Assembly: GCA_010909165.1 (NCBI GenBank)
Contig: MU008195.1
Location: 434,001-498,000 of the forward strand
Source: Anthoceros angustus
Taxonomy: Eukaryota > Plantae > Anthocerotophyta
Length of the DNA: 64,000 nt
Direction of reading: 5' to 3'
Made by a program: the position numbers and the translations under genes. A model generated the notes under the pieces. That model was not told the DNA's origin and did no database searches. It was given only the letters and a program-made list of their open reading frames with translations. This document shows, piece after piece, positions 22,877 to 34,180 of the stretch (within the stretch, counting starts at the first letter, position 1; every line of letters starts with the position of its first letter).

Positions 22877-24146
22877 TCAGTTCCGAGGCTTTAAAATACG
22901 GTTGGCAATGTCTTCGAACGTAAGCACGTCTTTTTTCCAGAGCCTGAAATGACGATGCTGGACAGTTAAGCCAGGCAAGTTGGGGAAGTGAATTGCTGGA
23001 ATTGTGCATCGGCTGCTACTCACCAGCTATCGATCCCCACGGCTTCTGCTCCCTGTTTGTCAGCAACGAAGTCATCTCCGACGTGAACCGCTTCATTGGC
23101 TTGTACTGCCAGTTGCTCTATCAAATTGTCCACATTCCGGGGTCATGACACTTCAGCAGCAGGTGGTGCCAGGACAACTTAGTGATTCCAACTTACCCAA
23201 AGCAGCTCGGAAAATCTGTGGGGCAGGCTTTTCATGACCGATTTCTGATGAAACAATCACAGCATCAAACCTGCAAGCAGATAGGCTCACTGGGAGGCCG
23301 AATTTTGGAAAAGTCGGAGCTGTAAGCAAGGGAGAAACGCACAATTGACTCACAGACAGTCCACTCCAAGGTCGTGCAATATAGGCCGCAGTCTGGAGTC
23401 GAAGTTGGACACTACAGCAAGCTTCACTGTTCCATGGACATCCTGGTTAGCATAAGGTGAAGGTGGAAGGCAAACAATGCACAATAAAACGGTAAGCAGC
23501 TTACCTCCTGCAACTTTGAGGGAATGCAATGCTTCCTGAGCTCCATCAGACACTTTCCAGGCATCGCCGCTAGCGAAATGCTGCATCAGGGAGCAAGACT
23601 CAGCTGGATGCCCTGCCCGAAATTAGGGTTTGTGGCACAGGCGTGTCCTGGACTGAGACTGACTTGATAGAGTTCCTCGAAGAAATCCACATCAGGACAG
23701 CCGGTTGCAGTGGCCACAGCATATCTCCAGAAGGGTCTTCCATCGCCCTGTGGATCCATGGGGTTGCGGGAAGCCCAAAGTGATGGTGAGAAGTGAAAAA
23801 ATGATGAGGGGGAAGCTTGTCCACTGCAACCAAATCAGCACACCTCATATCGCAATCGCTCAGGCCATGGCTGTGCAAACGCCTTCTTGAATCCCTGCTT
23901 GATTTCAGCTGGCGTTGTGTGCACACCGTACTTGGCTCCAATGGCAGCATATACTTCCGGCACAGGGCGTGCAGTTTCTAGCAGTGTGCCTCCTACATCT
24001 ACCAGCAACGCATCGTACAGGGGGCGGCCTGGGCCTCCAGAACCTCTGGCCGATGACGCCTGCCACCTGAGATGGGGGATCCTGGAGGAAATCACCGGCT
24101 GCAAGAGCGGAACATTCAGCAACGCCACTCTGCTGGACGTGGCCAT
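22877..24146 (-). CDS. HAD-like hydrolase (HDHD3-like), 7 exons, probable organellar transit peptide
   Basis: Exons 24146-23844, 23747-23664, 23580-23505, 23426-23354, 23270-23197, 23117-23024 and 22943-22877, all GT-AG and in frame. Motifs are [27 protein letters not shown] and [13 protein letters not shown]. Confidence 0.95.
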
Positions 24147-24955
24147 GCTTGTTGGAGTGGGAATCAAACTGCACTAGGGCTTGCTTAACAGGGCTGCATC
24201 CGTGTTATACAATTGCAGTTTGGTCGAAGATCCCTATGCCTGTCTCACCTCGTGGAGTTATGCGACCTTCTGCTCTAAAAGCTCACCTTCGAGCAAGATC
24301 CCAAGGTGTAACCACATTGAATTGGACAAGATTCCCAAGGTTGGACCACACTGAATTGGATTGCCATGGTATCTGCAAAGTTGCTCCTTCGATTTCCTAT
24401 CATCTTGCCAAATTTTGTTTCCAGAGCAGCACGGGAGGTGGCTAAGGTTTCTTGTTGCACCGCTGCTGGCGGTCCTGTGTGCGGTGGCGGAGTTGCATCC
24501 GGTGTATAGGTATATTCATGTATCATGAGGCGGAGGTACGCCTTTGCTCATTTTGCCCAAATCGAACTCAGCCACAGTCGAGTGGTAAGCTTGGGATGAG
24601 TGAGAGCGGCTGCTCCAGTAACTTCAAGTGTGGAGGTGACTGTGAATGAGTTCGCGCCCCATCCCGTCTGGATTTGAGAGACTTTCGGGTAACTCAGGCT
24701 CTTACTGAAACGCCAGGCGCAATAAATCCAACTGTAGGTTTATCCAAATCTTGCAAAATACTACTAACAAGAGATATGATAATCAGTGTAGGAGCATAGA
24801 TATTAGGTTTTAAAAAAAATACCTATATCTACTAACTGTTATTATTTAACTCTAGTCGTTGATTCTTGCTATATGATTGTTCTCGTCAAATAGTAGTGGT
24901 CTTTACAATTGTTATATATTTATAGCAACCAAACCAAAATATTCCAAAGGTCATA

Positions 24956-27045
24956 TTAGTTGAGCAATGGTGCCTTTGTAAGAAGTGCTACCTGTATAAA
25001 AGCATTGTGAGTAAAAATAATTTAGTAGTATAAGAATAGAATATAATAATAGTTATAAAAATATATTCAAACATTACCTTCTTTTGCTCCTCAATTCTAG
25101 CCTTGATGAAAGAATATAAAGCAACCCCAGCTATAGCAATTGCTGTTCCAATACCAGTCTGAGTTGAAATTGGATTGCCTGATGTTTGGAATGTGTAAGT
25201 AAACACTTTTGCATCTCATTAGCAGTTAGAATATCTACAAATTATAAAACCTTACCAAAAATAAGAATAGAAAACCCAATAACAAATATGCGTTTCAAAA
25301 CATTGCCAACTGCGTGGGACAATGGTGCTACACGCTCCAATGTGTTAGTTGCAAGCTGCAAAATCATGTAGGGCGTTGAAATGATCAGTACACAAATAAA
25401 ATAGTAACTTAACTCTTTATTTTCTTATTATTGGACTAGAGTATTGCACATACCTGATTATACGTATGGTAGAATAATCCCACTAAAATAAGATCAAACA
25501 GGAACTTTTGTAAGCCAACAGTTCCAAGAGCATCGGCAAACCCATGAAGAAGAAGTTCACGCCCTTCCATCTGTTATAACAATATCCACATCTACATTAG
25601 TATAAAGTATTTTTTTCAGCAATTAATATTGTTTTGACTATGAATCCAAATCTTACCACTAGTGGCAGTGGGATACAAAAGAGGAGCGCCATTATCGTTA
25701 TGTAAGCATAGACGTTTGTACTATCCATACCAATCTGCAATATTCCATTCATGGGTGGTGAAGCTCATTCACACAATAGTGCATCAAACAAAAAATAGGA
25801 AATGCCAAGGAAGTGTCACAATACCATAGCCTTTTTGCTATATATATTTCTGTAGGTAAAAACAACATTTGCGACCATTGCACCCGAAAATCCCATCCAA
25901 TTAAAAGAAATCTCTGTAATAGATGCCATACACACACCTAGCCAAATATCTCAAAATAAGTAATCAATTAGTATGCAATAGATCTTAACTACAATGTGTG
26001 TTTTGGAGATAAGATATAATACCTAATACAACTGGAATCAGAGACAACCATACAGTATATGGAACTGCTTGTTGTAAGATGAACCGTGTCGCAGTCGCAC
26101 TAAAGAAAGGCTCAAGAGCTACATTCAAATGTTGATGAGAAACATAAGACTAGTATTATAGCAACAACAAATAATACACAAACATTTTTCATACCTTTTA
26201 TGGTATGTGTGAAAGAAACAGCCATAGTAGCAAAAGATACGTTTGTTGTCACGTGGCCAATAGCATGGCAAACTGCTACTGGAAGAAGTAGAAGAAGCTG
26301 GTCTTTAGTGATTGCCTGCAACATGAAATCCAATAGTATTCTCAAAAGAGGAAATATTGACGATAATTCCATTACTATAGATGTTTAGTGAATTGTTTAT
26401 TTAGAATATTACGATGGGTTATTCAATAACTTACAGCACGTTTCGGAAGTCTTACAATCCATGATACCAAACAATAAATGGCACCGACAGTTAACTCTAT
26501 CGTTGACAAAAAACTGTGAACATGGCCAAATTGTTAGAAAAATACAAGAATGTTGCGCATTATTATAAATAAGTGCATACTTACTAGGGATATGGAAAAT
26601 AATTGAGGATCTTTTTGTTAAGGATGTTGAAGATGACATTCAGGAAGTACCTAGTATATCGACGCGTTAGTAAAAAAACATCGAAACAACAAAAACAGTT
26701 GTATATTACGTAAACTCCAGCTCTCACCACATAAAAAAGAAGAATCCTGTTAACAATGTCGGATAATATGACGCAAATGTTGCACAAAGTCTCCTGAACC
26801 AATTCAATGACCAAGTTAGCCATGAATCATTGTAATCTCCTCTATTTGTCCTCATGAACATGTCACATTTGTCTAAACAGATAATGGGTAAGCAACACGA
26901 AGAACGCAATACAATCAACTTACTTTGATGCAGGTGTTGTTCGAGGGTCCCCATCCTCATGTTCTAACAATGGCACATGTAGCTCATCCACAATCACTTC
27001 ATCTGCCCTGGTAGTAACATTTCTACTGCAACTCATGGTGCCCAT
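24956..27045 (-). CDS. TPT: Triose-phosphate/phosphate translocator (TPT-type), ~12 exons, short acidic N-terminus
   Basis: The spliced product includes [111 protein letters not shown] and [19 protein letters not shown], ending [11 protein letters not shown]. The first exon (27045-26924) is less certain. Confidence 0.9.
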
Positions 27046-28030
27046 AAGTTAAGTAAGGAGACAAAAAGGGGTTAGAATAACAAAGCTTGCCTCCAATGCC
27101 TTATTTGAACACAAGCATCAAATAAGAATGAAAATACCTCACACAGCTTACATATATAGACTGAAAGGAGATATAATCTCGATGACATGATGGGGTTTTC
27201 TCGATATAGTTTATAATATTAATTATTATTAATAAAAATAACAAGTTTTATTAGAAGTAATGCTTTTTTTTCCACTTTAATCTGTGATGTAGAGGTTAAG
27301 GGGCAGGAAGAAAAAGAGAAGGCCTTTGCAAAGGCAGATGTAGGGCAAGCATTTAGGTGGGGAATTAGGGTCCAGGGTCCAGGGGAGAGGACGGCGGGGC
27401 ATTAGTGCGGCGTGCGGTCGTGACAGGCGGGTGGGCAAAAGCGGAATTGTGAAGGAAAGTACCGGGAAGGCTGATAAGGCGTCAAGAGTGATAAGGGAGC
27501 GAAAGAGCAGGTCGTGAAAATGTGGGGAGTCGTATGATGATCCAGACGGGAACGGCCGTAGCTTGCCAGCTCCTGCGGCGCCTTTGCCTCCTCACGACAC
27601 TCTTGTCTGCCGTTTCGCCCGCCTTTCGCCGCGGCAAACGGAACGCGTCCGTTGACAGATGCTTGGGCGAAAGCGTTCCCCCTCCGTCCCTGGTTCCTCC
27701 TGTCCGCGCTATGCTGCGGCTGCTGCCTGCTGCCTGCTGCCTGATGCCCGCTGCGCCTGCGCTTTCCTTGCTGCCGCCGCCTCTTCTCCAGGCTCTTCTT
27801 CCCCCGGGCCTGCTTGCAAGCTCTGGAATTTGAGTCCGCGGGGACCAATTTGGGCGCATTTTCAACCGCAATTTGCCGTTTTGTTGGTGCGGCCAGCGCG
27901 AGCTCTGGCTGGTCATTCTGCTGCACCCGCGTTTGCATTGCGTGTGGCTTTCATGCGCTGCGAGCCGAGGGGCTGGATCTTCTTCTCCTCTGCTACCCCC
28001 GGTGCAGCGCTGGATTTTTAGCGTCTCAGA

Positions 28031-29704
28031 ATGGCGCGCCTGATTGAGCAAAAAGCTGGCCGACCGGACGACGCCGAGCTCTTCAGTCTCTACCACGTGC
28101 AATGCTGCTTCTGCGGGAAGATTCTGGCGGTAAAGTGTTGGCTGGAGCTCCAGGATGCGTTCAGTGTTTCGTTCTGCTGTGTTTGATGCTGAAGTTTGGA
28201 GGTTGGAATTCTGAGGGACCGTTTTTGGCCTTTGGTTTTGGGTTTTGGAAATTGGAGAAACGAAGATTTCCGTGTCTTTTAATTACTGGATGGAGTGTGG
28301 TAGATTAGGTGGCTTGCCCGTCGGAGATGGCTGACATGCCAGGCCCTGCATTGTGAGGTTCGCGATGGGTGTGCAGGTGAATGTGCCGCAAAGAAGCTTA
28401 TCGGACAATGTGCTGGTGCGATGTGGGCACTGCGAAAGCCTGCTCACAGTCGACATGAGGGCGCGCAGTAGTGAAATGGTTGGTGGCTGGATCACCAAGC
28501 GTGCAATTGGAGGACTTGTCTAGTGCTCCGCCATTCTGCCTCCTGGTCTGTGCACAATTCAGGAGCATTTTAATTGAAAGCAAGATCTCGTTTTGCAGGA
28601 GTTGCCGGTAGTCTCGTATGCACTTCATGTAGGCGGGCCAGCGCAGCAAACAGCAATAACAGTCACTGCTCAGTATTCGGACCAAATTCCTGTGGGTACG
28701 ACTGTCGCTACGGAGACGACCGACATGCCAACGCATACCATTCCGGCGTCGCACAAGAGAAATGATATGGCATCTGAGCGGGCAGGCCCGGAGAGCAATC
28801 GTGGTAAGACTTCTTCGACTGAGACCTGTTTGTAATTTGTGCACACCAATATATGGTCTGGCAAAGCTCATGATCACCCGCGGAAATCATGGTTTTGCAG
28901 CAGGAAAGAGGAGCAGGAATCCATCAGCATACAACATTTTCATCAGGTGTGTACATATGTTGCTGCTTGGGGTGCATGACATGTACGGTTGTGGGCAGAC
29001 GCTGGCCTTGCAACAAAAAGGCTGTGGGCGCCTCCTAATGAGGCTGCACTCACTTTTAGCAACACGGAACCTGTGTGTACAGAGAGGAGATCCAGAGGAT
29101 AAAAGCAAGGAATCCCAATATTGATCACAAGCAGGCGTTCAGCACAGCTGCCAAGAATGTAAGTTATTTGCTCGACATTGGCCGCTGCTGGGGCCAGCTT
29201 CCTTAGGCTACACTTGGTCTGTGATGAATCCTGATTTTCCCCCTGGAATGCTTGTGATATATAAGTGGGCTAGCTGTCCTCAACTGTGCCTGGGACTGGA
29301 AGAAGTGGAATCAACACACAAGACCGACATGCCTGAGGTGAAGTGAAGTTTATCTGTACTTGTCCACAAAACCCTGTTCTTGCTGCGCTAGCTTGTCTGA
29401 ACCCGATCTTTGTCCACAAGTCACATCTGCAACCTACTTGCCAAAACTCGCGGCGCCCTCCACACCCCGTGCATGATGAGTTGCGTGCACCAATGCAATC
29501 ATCCATCCAAGACCAACAGCTTCGTCACCCGACCTCCCTCTGTAGCCATTCCTTGCTATCCTGAATGCCCACAGCCGGCCGCACAACTTGTGCCTATGCT
29601 TCACGCCATCATCTCGTGCGATCATGAACCAAAGCTGCAACTGGCTAACAATTATATTCCTGTCGTTCATGCAGGAAGACGAAGCTCAGTCATCTAGGAA
29701 TTGA
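28031..29704 (+). CDS. YABBY: YABBY transcription factor, 7 exons
   Basis: Exons 28031-28129, 28377-~28500, 28599-28803, 28901-28946, 29083-29158, 29266-29337 and 29675-29704. The C2C2 finger QCCFC-x20-CGHC is followed by the YABBY domain [44 protein letters not shown]. The exon 2 donor is uncertain. Confidence 0.93.
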
Positions 29705-30193
29705 AATCTCCGTGGACAGCCTCCAGGTTATCCCATGTTTCTCATGTGAGATGCGCTTTCCCGGTATGTACCAGGGTCTGGATCAGTACCAGCATCCAGT
29801 CAAAAAAAAAAACACTAATTTTCTTGTCGACAAATGCAAGATACTCATCCATCGAGCCCGTTGTTGGTTGGGAAGCCTGTGATATCCTCGTTGTGGATTC
29901 TATAAGAGATAGTCAATTGGCACCGTTTGCACTCAGCGTGCCGCACATGGGAGGAACCCACTTGCAGATGACTGGTCAGGTCAGTATGGCAATCCTGAGA
30001 ACTGCCTCATTACTCATGAACCGAATAATTAATCACTTACATGTAACTATTGAATTGGGTTATTTACGTGAGACTCCGGACATACTCCGTTTTCACATGT
30101 AGTTGCGAGAGAGACATCCCGGATAGCGTATGAAACTGGCTAGTGTACAGGAACATACAGCCGTGCGCCAGAAAGCCTTAGTATTCGTAGGCC

Positions 30194-32866
30194 TCATCTG
30201 ACGGACGCCCCGGATTCCTCTTCGTGCTTCCTTTTGTGATCTGGCGCCGTGTGGAAGCAACTCTGCCCCTCCTCCCCTCTGTCAGCTGGCTCCTCGTTAT
30301 CCCCTTGAGCCTTGTGCTGCGTGGTATCATTCCCCTCCACCTGACTGGATGCAGCAGAAGAGTTTGCAGCATCAGGCATGGATCGCGGAGGGGAGGAAGC
30401 AGACGACTTGGGGGGGCTGGGAGGCTTCGAGAAAGTCGGAGATCCTTCCTTCTTATCCGGGTACGCAGGCTTCTGCCGTGCTACCGACCTGCATGCATTT
30501 ACAGGCACGAGCCTGCCATTATAATCACCACCACAACCAAGAGCCAATGCACAAAGCCAGGCCCCCACCAATCCAGCCAGTCTAGAAAGACGAAAGCTGC
30601 AGGAAAAACTGGGCGACAAGCAGCTGCACACACGTACTTTTCCTTTCGCTTTTCCAAAAAGCGAGCCAGCGATGCTTTTCTTGCTTGAGGCAACTCTGCA
30701 CAGACAAGAAGGCCGTTAGTTTCCTGCGGTGCAAGACCTCCACCAACTGGAGAATACACACGCTGGAAAAAAGCCTGATGACCTTGGCTGCCGGCAACGA
30801 AGTAATCACCAGTGTAATTCTGACCTCTACGCGCTCCTTGTGCCTGAGACAAAGCGGGATTAGCAGTGGCAGGGTCCTGAGGGCTCCCTGCTGCAGATCC
30901 AGCAGTCTGGTTCGCTGCAATAGCAGGAGTCTGGTTCGCTGCAGATCCAGCACATTGGTTCATGGCAGACGAACCAGGTGGAGACATGGACACAGAGCAC
31001 TGGGCGCCAGATGCAGTGGGCTGCAGTCTAGCAGCGGCCTGATGCTGCATCTGCGCACTGACAAGAGGGCCGGAGACTGTAATATGACTTTCCGGCCTGC
31101 TAAACTGACTTCCTACTGTCGAGCCTGCATTGGGCGAACTCTGAGGAGCTGGAGTGTTGATGATGCTGGTGGACCATGAACTCCCACTTCCAGCCAGCAG
31201 CATAATAGCTTGGGCCTGCCGCAGTCACCCACGACACCACACAGCTCAAGGTCAGCCTACTTTGCATTATCTTGAAAACAATTACTTTCAGTCCAGATCA
31301 GCATGAAGCTTGCCCATCAAGCGATGCTCTGACATAAGTACCTTGTCGGAAGGAACATCATCATACACGTTCACCGATCCAGCATAGAATATAGTGAGCT
31401 GCGCCGTGAGCGGCCGACCCGGCGAGTTGGATGTGGTAGGCCTGTAAACAAACATTAATTTGAGTCGACTTAGCACAAGCGCCAGACAGCAAAGGGCATG
31501 ACATGGAGGACAGGGCAGGGCACGGCAGAGCAAGACGTGTCAGGGCAGTGAAGGGCAGCCATCTCACCTAGCTACCAGAACACTCCCAGCAGCGTTAGAA
31601 GCAAAATTGGCAGGCGGCCGCGGGGCGGCCATTGCCATGGAGCCGTTCGGCAGCGGGCTAGGGCCAGGGCCAGGAGACGCGGGTGTACCGTTACTCATAC
31701 CCGTTGCACCTGGAGGGATTCGGAAATTGGGGACCGGCACCGCATTGTCCCTAGCACCGGCCATGGCAAGAGAGAGACCCGAGTCGTGCACGCCAGGGCC
31801 AGGGCCAGGGCCAGAGCCAGGGCCAGAGCCAGGGCCAGAGCCAGAGCCAGAGCCAGAGCCAGCCCCAGGCCGCTCTGCAGGCCGCGCCATGGTGTTCCTG
31901 TCGTCCATCGGCGCGCACCGGAGGCAAGGGTGGACGGCGGAACCGCAAACCGGCGGCTGGCCGCCGCAAACTGAGCCTGCGACGCCGCCATAGCCAGATG
32001 CGCGTTCTGCTGCGCCTCAAAGTTCCCTTGCAATACATCCTCCCGGGATGGATAGTTCCCGGGGCCCCGATCCTTGAGGTCCCTCAAAGCGGACCTGTCG
32101 AAGGCAAAATTGTTCTGCGACAACACAACACGGCAAAGATCCTGGTGAGACACGCCACCCCCGGCCCCGGGACATCCAAGATCCAAGATGCACACTTTCC
32201 TGCACCGAATCCTACGAAACGGAGCATCCTTAACAGCCACAGCCACAGCCACAGCCACACCAACTGCAACAGCAACAAGACTCACGTGCGCCTGCTGCAT
32301 CCCGGCCATGCTCTGCTGCGCCTTGTCCATCCACTGGCCTGCACAGCACACAGAACGGACACGTTCAGTCCCGGTTCCCCTCCCGTCCTTCCCTCACCCA
32401 CCCGATCCGCGAGCTGCAGCAAGAAGAAACCGCGTCCAATTCCATCCTCACCCTGGAAATCGGGCACGGCATGCCCGGCCGGCACGCCCCCCGCAGATCC
32501 CTTCCCCAATGCCCCCATCCCGGCCGGGAAACCTTGGCCTCGAAAAGCTCTGCCATTGTTCGGGAAGGCGGACGCGAGGAGCAGCTCATTCGCCTGCCGC
32601 GACCGGGCAGCCGCGGCAGCAGCCTCGTGCTGCGCCTGCGCCTGAGCCTGAGCCTGCGCCTGCTGCGCATCGTGGAACTGCATGACCCCGGGCTGCTGCT
32701 TCACCAGCTTGCCCAATCCATGCATGCTCATCCCCGCCGCCACCTCGTGCTCCCCGTGGCGGAGGCCGCCGTCCTTGAGCCGCTTCTTGTCCGGCTCCCG
32801 CATGTCCGCGCCAGCGCCGCTGCCGAGCCCGAGGAAGTCCCGCGCCACAACCTGATCTCGCTCCAT
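30194..32866 (-). CDS. JAZ: JAZ repressor (TIFY + Jas domains), JAZ3/JAZ9/MpJAZ-like N-terminus
   Basis: N-terminus MERDQVVARDFLGLG (alternative ATG at 32899). The TIFY exon 31441-31342 reads AQLTIFYAGSVNVYDDVPSDK|AQAIMLLAG. The Jas exon 30695-30638 reads ELPQARKASLARFLEKRKEK|SVARQKPAY. Other exons: 32866-32398, 32338-32286, 32114-31951, 31897-31568, 31215-30810, 30488-30194. Confidence 0.93.
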
Positions 32867-33410
32867 CCCTACCTCCCGCCCGAGCGGCTCCTCTCCCAAC
32901 GAGGCGGCGGCCTGCTCCTGCCCGCGCGTCTAGGCGCCGAATCCCGCGAGCCGCCACGCGCTCCTCTGCCAATTCCGGCGCTCGCTCTCCCGCAACCAGC
33001 GCGCCATGGCGAGCGATGCGCGGGAATGCCTACGTACCAGGCCTCAGATCCGTGCATTCAGCGAGCTCAGCTCCGCAGGAGCAGCAGCCGCATCCGCCGC
33101 CGCAGCAGCAGCAGCAGCAAGGAAAGACGTCTCCTCCCGCACGACGTCCCAGCGGCGCGCACACAGCGAGACGTCTCTCACCCGCACCCTGGATCCAGCA
33201 GAAACCGCACCAGCCGCTGCAGCAGCAGGCGCAGGAACGAGGAAGCAGGACCCGAAGGTGGCGACGATGGCGGACGAGCGGCCCAGCGCGGAGGAGGAGG
33301 AAGAAGTGCGGAGGAGCGAGGGAGGAAGACGGGCGGCGAAACCCGACCGACAAAGGGTTTCGCCGGGGCCGGGACCCCGTACTGTGCGGCGAAGAGATGC
33401 GAGCAGCCGT

Positions 33411-34040
33411 CACGTGGGCTAATAGCGGGGCCCGGGTACCACCCACGGACCGGGTAGTGGCGGGTGCAGGAGACGTGTACCCGGTAGGCGATTAGCGTCC
33501 GCTCCCGCTTCAAAACCTCACGCTCCAGTTCCCACTGGCCCCGCGGCCTGCTTAACGACTCACCTACGCGCCTACGGCCACCCTCACGTTTTAATTGCGC
33601 GCACGGCCCTGTCACCCTGCCCTCCCTACCTTGCCTGTCACTCCCCCCATCAACCCCATCAACTCCGCCCGGACACCCACCACCCCTCTTTCCCCCGCTT
33701 TCCCTTTCCCTTTCACGTTTCACTGCTTTCCGCATCTGTCAGACCTCCTCCTCCTCCCCCTCCCTCGTCGCCACAGTTTTACATTCCTCCTCCTCCTCCG
33801 ATTATCAAACCTTTATACATCCTCCCTCCCTCGTCGCCACAGTTTTACATTCCTCCTCCTCCTCCGATTATCAAACCTTTATACATCCCTCACGACAACC
33901 ACGTTGCCGACATCACCTTACGCTTTTAAATGGAAGTCGGTGGAGTTTCCAACACCGTCCTCTTACTTGTCTCCATAGGTCATGACTAACGTGTCTTCCT
34001 CTTTACACACATGTGCTCATGGTGTATAACAAAACGTGTC
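33411..34040. promoter_or_regulatory. Cluster of G-box / T-G-box (CACGTG, CACGTT/AACGTG) sites upstream of JAZ
   Basis: CACGTG at 33411; CACGTT at 33585, 33714 and 33900; AACGTG at 33988 and 34033. Confidence 0.5.
33758..33886. repeat. ~64-bp tandem duplication
   Basis: ccctccctcgtcgccacagttttacattcctcctcctcctccgattatcaaacctttatacat occurs twice. Confidence 0.9.
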
Positions 34041-34061
34041 TTCCTATGAATATATCACACG

Positions 34062-34180
34062 GTGGGTGGTGGGTGGTGGGTGGTGGGTGGTGGGTGATGG
34101 GCGATGGGTGATGGGTGATGGATGATGGGTGATGGGCGATGGACGATGGACAATGGCCGATGGGTGGTGGGCGGTGGGCG
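34062..34180 (+). repeat. Heptamer (GGGTGRT-like)n G-rich microsatellite, about 17 units
   Basis: gggtggt gggtggt ... gggtgat gggcgat ... ggacgat ... gggcggt. Confidence 0.9.

Noticed and set aside
24275-24526. 83-aa minus-strand ORF upstream of HAD
   Set aside because: It is short, has no recognisable motif and is probably promoter or 5' leader sequence.
27402-28021. ORFs between TPT and YABBY as a separate gene or TPT transit-peptide exon
   Set aside because: The region is GC-rich low-complexity leader or promoter DNA. I found no convincing in-phase splice to TPT and no recognisable product.
32471-33495. Plus-strand ORFs of 328, 138 and 159 aa
   Set aside because: They are antisense to JAZ exon 1 and its GC-rich leader with CAG/GCC microsatellites, and show no recognisable domain.
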